A program made the translations under genes and the position numbers. Below, piece after piece: positions 37,785 to 46,489 of a DNA stretch of 64,000 nt. Position 1 is the stretch's first letter. Every line of letters starts with the position of its first letter. Under the pieces are notes generated by a model. The model was not told the DNA's origin. It saw only the letters and a list, made by a program, of their open reading frames with translations, and ran no database searches. The stretch is from an uncultured Candidatus Saccharibacteria bacterium (lineage in GTDB: Bacteria > Patescibacteriota > Minisyncoccia > Sungbacterales > HO2-52-23), in contig CAZPDF010000005.1 of NCBI GenBank assembly GCA_964585475.1, positions 3,323 through 67,322 on the forward strand, read 5' to 3'.

Positions 37785-38858
37785 CTAGACGCGGACTATG
37801 GCCGAGCCATATTGCCATCCCGCCCCAATTGCTGCAAAAAGGACCAGGTCACCTTTTTTAATTCGTCCACTCTCCTTGCCCTCATGAAACGCAACAGGTA
37901 GCGTTGCCGTATCAAGATTGCCATAGTGATCTACGTGGACAATCACTTTTTCCCAGGGAATTCCCAGACCGTGTGCAATTCTTTTCAGAAGACGGTAGTT
38001 CACCTGATGAAAAACAAAATGATCGATCTCTTTCAGGGTCATGCCAGAACGATTTAGAATGGACCGAATCGTATGATGAAAATGTGACGGACCTACATTT
38101 TTAACCGTACCCACATTCATGTTAAACCGGTGGAGGCCCCTGTGTACCGTATCATGGGTGGCTGGATTTTGTGAACCTCCTCCCTCGAATATTACCGGGT
38201 TGTCCTTACCATGAGCGCCCGCATAAGTGAAGAGTATCCCGTCTTCTCCTTCCTCGGCACGTAAGATCAGTGATCCAGCGCCCTCCCCAAAAATATACGC
38301 ATTGATAAGATTTTTACCAAGAAGTACCATCCGCTCCTGTGGATCTTCAAGTGAATTAACCGCCTGTATGTAGGGTCCCACGGATACACTTCCTACCAGG
38401 AGGATAGTCCTATACTTACCAGCTCTAATTTCAGAATCGGCAATATCAAGAATATAAATAAATCCACCGCAACCTACTGCAGTTGCACCAAGTGCTGGTG
38501 TATCTTCGTTTAGCCCCAGACGCAGATGGAGCATGGTAGCAGGATCCGGCATAAGGTATTCCGGCGTGGAAGTTGCATAGAGTACCCGATCAATTTCTTT
38601 GGCTTCAATATTAGCGTCTTCTAACGCAAACACTGCTGCCGCAAAAGCATTATCAAGATCATAGTAGCCAGAGCGCATCATACCAAGGTTGAAATCAAAG
38701 GAATTACGTCGTTCCTTTATGCCTAGTTTTCTTTCAACCCAAGAAGGAGTCCACTCTTCCGACTGCGGTTTTGGAAAGAACTCGCCAATAACCTGATTGG
38801 TAATCGGGAATGGAGGAAGAAATGCTCCGCTGCCCAAGATTTTAGCCCTTAGCGCCAT
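37785..38858 (-). CDS. 3-oxoacyl-ACP synthase III (FabH-like) condensing enzyme
   Basis: GIKERR, VGCGG (Cys), FGEGAG, FHQVN (His), GNLDTA (Asn). Confidence 0.9.
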   Translation of the reverse strand: MALRAKILGSGAFLPPFPITNQVIGEFFPKPQSEEWTPSWVERKLGIKERRNSFDFNLGMMRSGYYDLDNAFAAAVFALEDANIEAKEIDRVLYATSTPEYLMPDPATMLHLRLGLNEDTPALGATAVGCGGFIYILDIADSEIRAGKYRTILLVGSVSVGPYIQAVNSLEDPQERMVLLGKNLINAYIFGEGAGSLILRAEEGEDGILFTYAGAHGKDNPVIFEGGGSQNPATHDTVHRGLHRFNMNVGTVKNVGPSHFHHTIRSILNRSGMTLKEIDHFVFHQVNYRLLKRIAHGLGIPWEKVIVHVDHYGNLDTATLPVAFHEGKESGRIKKGDLVLFAAIGAGWQYGSAIVRV

Positions 38859-39915
38859 CGTATCTTCTCCCCGATTTTCTAAGAGCGCTGTTTATAATTA
38901 TATCAAGTAATTGTGAAAAGCCAATTCCTGTTACACGTGCCGCATCCGGCAATAAGCTTGTCGAAGTCATGCCGGGAATGGTGTTTATTTCGAGGATATA
39001 AAGCTTTTTGTCGTTTCCGAGGATAAAGTCGGAACGCGACATGTCGGAACAGCCAAGAGCCGCATGGGCCGTGCTTGCCGCGCTCTTGATTTCTTGGAGA
39101 GTTTTATCCGAAACACCCGGCGGCGGAATTACGTGTTCCGAACCGCCTGTTTCGTATTTGGAGCGATAGTCGTAAAAACGTCCTGCTTTGGGCAAAATTT
39201 CAATTGGCGGGAGCGTGACAAGTTTTCCTTTTTCATCTTCCAAAACAGCGCACGTTATTTCTCTGCCCTTGATAAATTTCTGCAGTATAACTCGCGGAGA
39301 GTGACGAAACGCTTCTCTTATTCCCGACCGAAGCTCTTTTTTATTACGCGCGATGTTCACCCCCACGCTTGATCCTTGGTTCGCGGGTTTAACCACTATC
39401 GGCCAGGAAAGGGTTTTAATAATCTTTGTGAGCAGATGAGAATTTCTTAGGTCGTCCTTGGTGATTACTTCATATTCAGGAACCAGGAGTCCCGCCTCGT
39501 TAAAAATCGCGCAGGATCGGGGCTTATCCATTCCTAAGGCGCTTGCGAGAACCCCTGATCCCGTATAGGGAATGCCTATGCCTTCTAGAAGTCCTTGAAT
39601 AGTGCCATCTTCTCCGTATTTTCCATGCATGGCGATAAAGGCCACGTCTGGCTTTTCGCGGCGAAACTTGTGGAGCGCCGTTTTTTCGCGGAGCATCGCG
39701 GCTTTTGTGGCTACATCTGGTTTCTTAAGCAATGTTGCCGAATTTTCCGGAAGAAGCCATCCCCCGCTTTTACTGATGATGACGGGAAACAATTCGTACT
39801 TATTTTTATCCAGATTTTTCATAATCTCCTCTCCTGTATCCAAAGATACCCCGTGTTCAGATGAGGGCCCGCCCATTAAAACCAGAATTTTTATTTTTCT
39901 CTTGCGATGCGCCAT
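38842..39915 (-). CDS. ddl: D-alanine--D-alanine ligase
   Basis: GGPSSEH, HGKYGEDG, GSSVG, EINTIPGMT. Confidence 0.97.
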   Translation of the reverse strand: MAHRKRKIKILVLMGGPSSEHGVSLDTGEEIMKNLDKNKYELFPVIISKSGGWLLPENSATLLKKPDVATKAAMLREKTALHKFRREKPDVAFIAMHGKYGEDGTIQGLLEGIGIPYTGSGVLASALGMDKPRSCAIFNEAGLLVPEYEVITKDDLRNSHLLTKIIKTLSWPIVVKPANQGSSVGVNIARNKKELRSGIREAFRHSPRVILQKFIKGREITCAVLEDEKGKLVTLPPIEILPKAGRFYDYRSKYETGGSEHVIPPPGVSDKTLQEIKSAASTAHAALGCSDMSRSDFILGNDKKLYILEINTIPGMTSTSLLPDAARVTGIGFSQLLDIIINSALRKSGRRYDGAKG

Positions 39916-39960
39916 ATATTAACTGTAACGCCTTTATCTAGTAAAAGTAATTGCCGACTC

Positions 39961-40998
39961 CTATCGGAATCGGCTTAAAATTGAACGGGCCCTGCAGGAT
40001 TCAGGCCAGGATTCGCAACGGTGATACTTGCCTTCCAGAGAAAAAGGAGCAAGGGCATATTCCGGCTTTTCTTTTATGCGCCGGCCAAAGTATGGAATCC
40101 AAATAATTCCGACGGGAACATATACGAAAAGCGTGAATCCTTCAGCGACAAGATGCGAAGCGCTGTTTCTTTGTCTTCCAAGGAGCATGGCAAACCTGAA
40201 CCAGCTTGGATGGATATTTCTCCTTCTAGTTTCGCGCTTCAGCTCGTCAATGGCCCAAAGATCCTGCGTTGCAAATTCGGGGTAAAGTATCCCCTTTCCT
40301 CTTTTTTGGGACCAGGCCGTAAGTTCCAAGGCGCGTTCGCAAAGTGCGGAGAATCGTTCACGGATCTCATTCGAATCCCGGAGAATGGATTGCTCGGAAG
40401 ACGTGTATGCTCCCTTGCAGAGTCGAAGCCCGAGGATCTTACCTTTCGGGAGATACTCGACATAGTGAGGTAATACGTTATCGAAAAATTCAATGCTGTC
40501 GAATTCTCCGGTTCCGTATGCTTGGAGCGCTACGCCGACAAAATCGTTGTGGCGGTGCACCTCTTTCGCAAGAAGCCAAGTATCTCTTCTGCTCTTCAAT
40601 AATTCCGCATCCAGCCACGGCCGGACTCCAGAGAGATGCGCTCTCTCCAAAACTTGTGAAATTTCTGGAAAATCTTTTTGCCAGACGCCATGACGCCAAA
40701 CCGTGCGCGGTTCGTGAATTCCGTACTGGCTCGGCTTCATCGAGACGTCGGCCAGGAGTTTTTGTCCATGAACCCCGTCAATCAGATGCTGATACGCTAC
40801 CCCGGTTTTTATTATTTCGGTTTTGTCCGAAATATCCTCGCCGATGTAGTCAATGATGGCTCCAAATCCCATAGAATTAAGCCATGCAGTTTTGGTCAGG
40901 GCATGCCTGAGTTGGAGTCCGGCGAAAAAGCGATGTACCATGGGCCACGCGGCAACATACGCCAACCGGTTGAAAACCGGGCTTCGTACTAAGTTCAT
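39961..40998 (-). CDS. Proline dehydrogenase family flavoprotein
   Basis: RFFAG, SMKPSQ, LDAE, LQAY, RLCKGAY, YVPVG..W.PYFGRR.KE. Confidence 0.82.
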   Translation of the reverse strand: MNLVRSPVFNRLAYVAAWPMVHRFFAGLQLRHALTKTAWLNSMGFGAIIDYIGEDISDKTEIIKTGVAYQHLIDGVHGQKLLADVSMKPSQYGIHEPRTVWRHGVWQKDFPEISQVLERAHLSGVRPWLDAELLKSRRDTWLLAKEVHRHNDFVGVALQAYGTGEFDSIEFFDNVLPHYVEYLPKGKILGLRLCKGAYTSSEQSILRDSNEIRERFSALCERALELTAWSQKRGKGILYPEFATQDLWAIDELKRETRRRNIHPSWFRFAMLLGRQRNSASHLVAEGFTLFVYVPVGIIWIPYFGRRIKEKPEYALAPFSLEGKYHRCESWPESCRARSILSRFR

Positions 40999-41103
40999 CC
41001 TATGCCTCGTAGCTTAATTAAGGATCAAAACTTCCGCTATCATCCCAAAAATTTGTGAGGGTGTCAAATAATTCCAATAAAAAGCCGCGCCGGTAGAGGC
41101 GGG

Positions 41104-42411
41104 CTATGCGATAAAAAGCTGTGCGTTCATGGCGAGGCGAATATAGCTTTCAGGTACGATGGCGTCATCCGTGAAGCCAAGCTCCGTAATCACGGTCATG
41201 AGTTCGTCCTCCGTGGTACGCGTGTACCCCTTGATCTCGGTGAATTCTCCGAGCTTATTAACGGAATCCCGGTGCATGATGAAGCCGTCGCGGCTGAATA
41301 GCTCGCGCGATTTCTCAATTATGTACACTGGCGTGAATTCGGAGAGAAGCTCGCTCATGCATTCCCTTGAGATGGGGATTGGAATCTTTGGGCGGAAGCG
41401 CGTACTAAAGGATTCCTTCTTGTAGATAAAGTAGTGCTGTTTTTCCCCGCAAGAGCTCATAACGAAACATTCGTTGTCTTCAAGGAACCGCCTGTTTTTG
41501 GGGGTAAGGTAGGTATCATGCTCCGAAACCGCCCCCTCGAATCTCCAGCCGCATTTCCGAAGCTCTTCGTGTGTCCGCGCGCCGCGAAGCTTGATCTCCG
41601 GGCCGGTAACGCAAGCCCTTTCTTTCATGAGGTCGATACTCCACGGGAGTACTTCATCTTCGGAGAGCGCAAGCCGCCGCTCCAAGCTTTCGATCATGTG
41701 AGCCACAAGTTTGTGTTCGGTCTCTTCCTCGGGTTCGCTCGAGGTATCAATGATGTTAAGCGAGAGGTGGGGAATTTCTCGCGTGAGCGTTTCGCAGATA
41801 TGCATTACGCAATCACGATAGCTTGCAAGAAATGTCGGGTTCATCTTTGACCCGAAGATCACCTTTCCCTCGCGCCATGCCGGGCCGAACTCGCGGTCGA
41901 GCGCCACCTCCGGCGTTACCGTGAGGCATTCGATAAAATCAAACTCTTTCAGCCAGTCGGTCTGCATAATGAAGGCTTTGAGCACCTTGAAGAGATGGCC
42001 GCTGATTGCCCCGTCGCGCCGGTCTTTCTCAAGCCATACGAGCGTATCAAGAATTCCGCGGTTTGCGAGCATCATGTGGTAGTCGCGGTTCACCGCACCT
42101 TTGAGCAGACGGTCAAATGAATATACAAAGTGCTGCATCTGGGAGCTTAGAGTGTGATCCTTGGGGCGTTTGCGGATGTCGTCCGCTTCAGCGCTTTCCT
42201 GATGGACAAGCACCCGGAACTTGCTTTGCCTGAACCAGCGATCAAGCCGCACAAGCTGTCTATCCTTTCCGGCCTTTGCCATGCCGAAGAGTTCGCCCAG
42301 CGCCGGTTTTACCGGACGCTCGCTCTTCCGTCTTGGTTCATCCAGCCGTCTCAAAATTCCAAGAGCTTTTGCGCGAAGCAGGGCTTCATTATAAATGAGT
42401 CCGCTTTCCAT
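41104..42411 (-). CDS. Fusion of a thymidylate-kinase-like P-loop domain and a CYTH domain
   Basis: ELFGMAKAGKD, NRGILD; EIKLR, HDTY, EKSRELF, DSVNKLGEFTEI; aggagg SD before ATG 42411. Confidence 0.7.
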   Translation of the reverse strand: MESGLIYNEALLRAKALGILRRLDEPRRKSERPVKPALGELFGMAKAGKDRQLVRLDRWFRQSKFRVLVHQESAEADDIRKRPKDHTLSSQMQHFVYSFDRLLKGAVNRDYHMMLANRGILDTLVWLEKDRRDGAISGHLFKVLKAFIMQTDWLKEFDFIECLTVTPEVALDREFGPAWREGKVIFGSKMNPTFLASYRDCVMHICETLTREIPHLSLNIIDTSSEPEEETEHKLVAHMIESLERRLALSEDEVLPWSIDLMKERACVTGPEIKLRGARTHEELRKCGWRFEGAVSEHDTYLTPKNRRFLEDNECFVMSSCGEKQHYFIYKKESFSTRFRPKIPIPISRECMSELLSEFTPVYIIEKSRELFSRDGFIMHRDSVNKLGEFTEIKGYTRTTEDELMTVITELGFTDDAIVPESYIRLAMNAQLFIA

Positions 42412-42524
42412 GCGTCTCCTCCTACTCAAAGAGCTAGTACGTCTTTTATTAGTACGTCATGAAATAAACTGCGTCAAGAATTGCGTCTTATCCAATTTTA
42501 TGGTAATTTAGGTTGAGTATTTAT

Positions 42525-42598
42525 CCGCCCGTAGCTCAGCCTGGTAGAGCACCTGCCTTTTAAGCAGTGTGTCGGAGGTTCAAATCCTCCCGGGCGGA
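42525..42598 (+). tRNA. tRNA-Lys(UUU)
   Basis: Acceptor ccgcccg/cgggcgg, anticodon loop cttttaa, T-arm ggagg-ttcaaat-cctcc. Confidence 0.93.
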
Positions 42599-42629
42599 TT
42601 TAAAAAGTGTAATAAAAAAACCGCGAGTA

Positions 42630-43061
42630 TTACATACCCTGCGGTTCTGTTTTTTGTTGAATTTGCTGTTGCAAATCCTCTGGTAGGAGTCCGGCGATTG
42701 ATCGTCCGTTGATCTTTGGGAGTCTTAAGGCGTTTATAGCCGTCAGGCTGTCATTGGTGAGCCCAGCGTAGTATTCGCGCATGATTCTCGTCATCTCCGT
42801 GTGAGACATGTTTGGGTCATTGAAACGAGCCCACTTGGAGCGTTCCGCGGCGGTAATGCTGCTAAACCTCTTTACTACCGTATCTTCAGTTACCTCAAGG
42901 AGAAGCGAGAGACCGTCCAGGAAGTGCCCCTCGATTAGCTGTCCTTTCTTAAAGTCATTTGAACCTTCCCTATAGATACGAAAATCTAGGCAATCTTCTC
43001 CGGTCAAAAAGTTTCCGATAAGTCCTTCTACGAAAATCAGTCGCCACGCCTGCTTTGCCAT
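42630..43061 (-). CDS. ASCH/PUA-like domain protein
   Basis: DFR....F.KGQ..., VVKRFSSIT..E, MREYY pattern. Confidence 0.5.
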   Translation of the reverse strand: MAKQAWRLIFVEGLIGNFLTGEDCLDFRIYREGSNDFKKGQLIEGHFLDGLSLLLEVTEDTVVKRFSSITAAERSKWARFNDPNMSHTEMTRIMREYYAGLTNDSLTAINALRLPKINGRSIAGLLPEDLQQQIQQKTEPQGM

Positions 43062-43174
43062 TATCTATCCTCCAACACGGATCTAAACGAATTATGTTCT
43101 GACGAAAATTACTCGTCAAGTAGCTCCTACAGAGCTGATTTTAAAAGTCCTGCGGTCTTCGCAGGACTTATGCT

Positions 43175-43885
43175 TTATGCCCCGGAACGTCGTTCGCGGG
43201 ACTTGAATTCTTTGATCATGGAAGCAAGTTCGTTCATCGTAAAATCCGGCCAGAGCGTTTCGGTGGAGAAGAAATGCGCCTTTCTCAATTGCCACATGAG
43301 CTCTCCATTTGAAAGATGCATTTCCCCGCCGGTGCGAACATACATATCCACGCATCCGAGAAATCCGCTTGGCATGCACTGGTCAATCAAGTTGGCAGTT
43401 GTTGGGATGCTTCTCGGAATACCGCGCATGCGGTCAATCGCCCCAAGAAACTCTTCGTCGCCGTTATATGCGAGAAGAAGCGTAAAGGTTTGGCCGCATC
43501 TTGACTTTGTTTCTTCTTGAAGAGTATCTACTTTGAGGGCAAGACGCGCAGGAACTAGATTTCTATTCCAATAATCCCCTACTACGCGGAAACGAATGTC
43601 GCGCTTCTTAAATTCGGCGTCTTCCCGAAGTTCTTCAATGCCTTGGTCAAGAAGCCGGAAGAGGTTCCCCACCTCTTCAGGTTCCCTATTTTTGCCATTA
43701 TCTTTTGAAAGAGCCCAGAAGATAAAATTGTCTACGTCATGGTCCCAGACATCGCGTAGGATGCATTTCAAGGCGTCATACCCCTTCCGGTGGCCCTGGT
43801 AGCGCTCTAAACCCTCTTGCATCTCGTATCGCCTGTTTCCGTCAGGAACACAGCATATAGCAAGACCCTGCGTCTGGATTTCCAT
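43175..43885 (-). CDS. uppS: Undecaprenyl diphosphate synthase-like cis-prenyltransferase
   Basis: PDGNRRY, GHRKG, AYNG, VRTGGE, LWPDF. Confidence 0.85.
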   Translation of the reverse strand: MEIQTQGLAICCVPDGNRRYEMQEGLERYQGHRKGYDALKCILRDVWDHDVDNFIFWALSKDNGKNREPEEVGNLFRLLDQGIEELREDAEFKKRDIRFRVVGDYWNRNLVPARLALKVDTLQEETKSRCGQTFTLLLAYNGDEEFLGAIDRMRGIPRSIPTTANLIDQCMPSGFLGCVDMYVRTGGEMHLSNGELMWQLRKAHFFSTETLWPDFTMNELASMIKEFKSRERRSGA

Positions 43886-43910
43886 CCCGTTTTTTCCTTA
43901 AGCAGGTTAT

Positions 43911-43940
43911 TTGATATTTTACGATATTTTCTGATATAAT
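43911..43940 (+). promoter_or_regulatory. Sigma70 promoter for the tRNA-Ala locus
   Basis: TTGATA-18-TATAAT with extended -10 TG, 17 nt before the split tRNA 5' end. Confidence 0.7.
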
Positions 43941-44126
43941 GCAATAGCAGGAAATTCGGGCCTATAGTTCCGACCTTCATTAAAGTTATATAGGAAGTCG
44001 AGAATCCACGATTTGACCAAATGAAGACTTGGTCAAATCGGGACTTAGTGGCAGTGTCCCGATTCAATTTTGATTGAATCGAGGATGCTCGATTTTCAAA
44101 GAAAATCGGCACATCCGGTTTGTTCA

Positions 44127-44235
44127 CCCTCCCACCTTTTATGTTAGGGCTCATAGCTTAGTGGTAGAGCACCCGGTTTGCATCCGGGAGATCGGGGTTC
44201 GATTCCCCGTGAGTCCATTGGTAAAGGTGGGAGGG
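44127..44235. mobile_element. CCC-end element carrying an intact tRNA-Ala
   Basis: 13-bp IR ccctcccaccttt/aaaggtgggaggg; left flank TTCA. Confidence 0.65.
44147..44217 (+). tRNA. tRNA-Ala(UGC), intact
   Basis: Acceptor gggctca/tgagtcc (G3:U70), cccgg-tttgcat-ccggg, cgggg-ttcgatt-ccccg. Confidence 0.95.
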
Positions 44236-44367
44236 CAAGTCCGGTAGATGGGAGTTCCTCCGATTTTGTCTGCGGTATTACCGCAGCTACAAAATCGAGA
44301 GTCCTCGATGTGGTAAATCAAATCAAAGATTTGAACCACATCGGGAGATTCCCCGTAGGTCCATCGA

Positions 44368-44464
44368 GCTAAGATTGAGGGGGGTTGTTACCAAGCCAAG
44401 CGTTCAGACAATCCAAAAAATCGTCAAGTCGTTAGGCGTTCCTATGGAGGATTTATTAAAATAA
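44368..44464 (+). pseudogene. XRE-family HTH C-terminal remnant
   Basis: AKIEG/frameshift in G run/VVTKPSVQTIQKIVKSLGVPMEDLLK*. Confidence 0.65.
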
Positions 44465-44474
44465 TTTTTACAAT

Positions 44475-45410
44475 ATGAAAATAGAAATCTTTGAAGAAGA
44501 CGGCGACAATACACTCTCATTTGACGACAAGTACGCCGATTTTACAATTGACATATACTCTGATTCAAAAACCTATCAATCAAGAATGAACTTGAAGGAC
44601 GATGTCTATTATCGTACCGAAAAATTTGAGTATCGTATCAAAACTGACCCTTTGAAAGTAGAGACTAGATTAACCGAACGAGTAGATGAACCCCCAGAAA
44701 GATACTGTGTGAAAGACGGAGTTGTTTTAGAGTCAGATATTCTTGCTGATAGAAAGGAAATGGCTATGTCCTCAATGACTAAAGAGTTTATTGATGGTCT
44801 TAAAAAAGAAGTTGAATGGCACGAGGATTGGGTGGGCAATCCTGTCTCAATGTACATACTTTCTAAACATCCTGAAATAGTTACGCCAGACGATTATCGC
44901 CGAAACTTGCGACAATTGTCAGAAAAAATAAAGAACGCAACTCTCAAGGTAGAAAAAGCACTTGAGTCAGACAAAATGGGTTTGCAGGTAACGGATGAAT
45001 GGGTAGATTCAGGGCGAACAATCTGGCTTTCAAAATCAAAACAGGATGAGTTGTCGGAAGAGGAAGTCAAAAAAGCTATTGAGCATCAGCACAAACTCCA
45101 AGAACAATTTTTTGATGAGAAATCAAGTGAATATGTAGGCGTTTCTGAAGGTGAATTTAGGTCAAGTGTCGACATACTGGAAAATATTGAGACATTTCTA
45201 AACAAAAAGCCCGCCTCTGTAAAAAAAGAAGCTGACCAAAAAATCTCAAAAACGAAGGGGTATATTATCTCTGTACTTTTGACTCTATTTCTTTCATGGG
45301 TCATAAGTTGGTTTGTTGATATAAACCCATTTTTGATTTTTGTTATTGTGCAGGTTGTTGCGTTTGCACAAAGCATTATTGGAGGTTGGTTGGGTAAGTT
45401 TTTTGAATAA
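44475..45410 (+). CDS. Hypothetical protein with C-terminal TM pair (AT-rich island)
   Basis: 311-aa ORF with visibly AT-rich codon usage. Confidence 0.7.
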   Translation: MKIEIFEEDGDNTLSFDDKYADFTIDIYSDSKTYQSRMNLKDDVYYRTEKFEYRIKTDPLKVETRLTERVDEPPERYCVKDGVVLESDILADRKEMAMSSMTKEFIDGLKKEVEWHEDWVGNPVSMYILSKHPEIVTPDDYRRNLRQLSEKIKNATLKVEKALESDKMGLQVTDEWVDSGRTIWLSKSKQDELSEEEVKKAIEHQHKLQEQFFDEKSSEYVGVSEGEFRSSVDILENIETFLNKKPASVKKEADQKISKTKGYIISVLLTLFLSWVISWFVDINPFLIFVIVQVVAFAQSIIGGWLGKFFE

Positions 45411-45425
45411 GTAAGATTATATTTT

Positions 45426-45875
45426 ATGAACCAAACAAAATCAATTTCATTTCAAGGACAGGAATACTTTGATGATAGACTGTATGTTTTATATTTGTGC
45501 AAAGGCACTGTTGAAATTGAACCTGATAGCGATGGGGCTGTTTGGACGAGAATTTATCACGAACAGGCACCAACCGATCACATTTGGTGCGTAGCAACAT
45601 ATAGAAATTGTAATCGTTATCCTTTATATCGAGTAGATAGTTTTTATAAAAAAGAAGATGCGGTATTGTATATGAAGAAAATTGAGCCAGAAACTCCCCT
45701 GATCAGTTTAAGTGGCAAGTCTCCACTCCACCCAGTTTCTTATGAAGAATATCTATCATGGAAAAAAGAAAATGATATTAAAGAATATGATTGGCAGTCG
45801 CTGTATTCGCCTGATGGGAAAAATGCTAGTGAATCTATAGGGCAAACAAAGGAACAATTTAAGGGGATAATGTAA
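45426..45875 (+). CDS. Hypothetical protein (AT-rich island)
   Basis: 149-aa ORF. Confidence 0.65.
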   Translation: MNQTKSISFQGQEYFDDRLYVLYLCKGTVEIEPDSDGAVWTRIYHEQAPTDHIWCVATYRNCNRYPLYRVDSFYKKEDAVLYMKKIEPETPLISLSGKSPLHPVSYEEYLSWKKENDIKEYDWQSLYSPDGKNASESIGQTKEQFKGIM

Positions 45876-45916
45876 GAATCAACATTTGGTAAGGACTACC
45901 CTTACTAACCCAAAAA

Positions 45917-46435
45917 ATGAATAATCAAGAAAAACATAAATACGCCTACGCTCTTACGAGCGTAGCTTCTACCGGGCTTTCTTTTATAGAAAATTCTTTA
46001 TCGAGCATAATGAACGAAGCAACAGACATGGCTTATTTAAGATCATTCTACATTTTGTTGTCTTACAATTTTGAACTTGTTTTAAAATCAAGAGTAGTAA
46101 TGATAAAAAGTTTTTCTGACAAAAAATCTATAAATAATGAGTTAGGAAAATTAGGTCACGATATAACAAAAATAGGAAAAACTCTCGCCACCAATTTGGA
46201 AGAGTTAGGTGTAAAAGAAATAATCGAGAATGGGAGCCAATATAAAATTGTCACTACTGACAACAAGGAAATTTATATAGAAAACTTTACGAAAATTAGA
46301 TACGATTTTCTCGATGATGTGATGCGTAATGTAGACAATCAAGAACACACACGGATAAAAGAATATGCCGATATATTAGTTTCTATTTTGAGAAAGGCGA
46401 AACAGAAGAACGAGGAAGCAAAAAATCAACCGTAG
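45917..46435 (+). CDS. HEPN-like helical protein
   Basis: LSYNFELVLKS...LGHDI...IRY pattern. Confidence 0.5.
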   Translation: MNNQEKHKYAYALTSVASTGLSFIENSLSSIMNEATDMAYLRSFYILLSYNFELVLKSRVVMIKSFSDKKSINNELGKLGHDITKIGKTLATNLEELGVKEIIENGSQYKIVTTDNKEIYIENFTKIRYDFLDDVMRNVDNQEHTRIKEYADILVSILRKAKQKNEEAKNQP

Positions 46436-46489
46436 TATCTAGCAAGAACAGTAGAGGGAGCAACCCACGCCGTTTTATAATTCCATCAA

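Larger units (their letters stand above)
43958..44363 (+). pseudogene. Outer tRNA-Ala gene split by four palindromic insertions (pseudogene or multi-intron tRNA)
   Basis: Pieces gggcctatag | cttagtggcagtg | catccggtttg | caagtccggtagatgggagttc | gattccccgtaggtcca; acceptor gggccta/taggtcc with G3:U70. Confidence 0.75.

Noticed and set aside
43968-44346. Group I or group II introns in the tRNA
   Set aside because: The inserts are 55-113 nt, far too short, and show no P7 core or domain V.
44347-44363. Simple attR duplicate of the intact tRNA-Ala 3' end
   Set aside because: Its two differences (taggtcc vs tgagtcc) make it pair exactly with gggccta at 43958, so it is better explained as the 3' end of the outer split tRNA.
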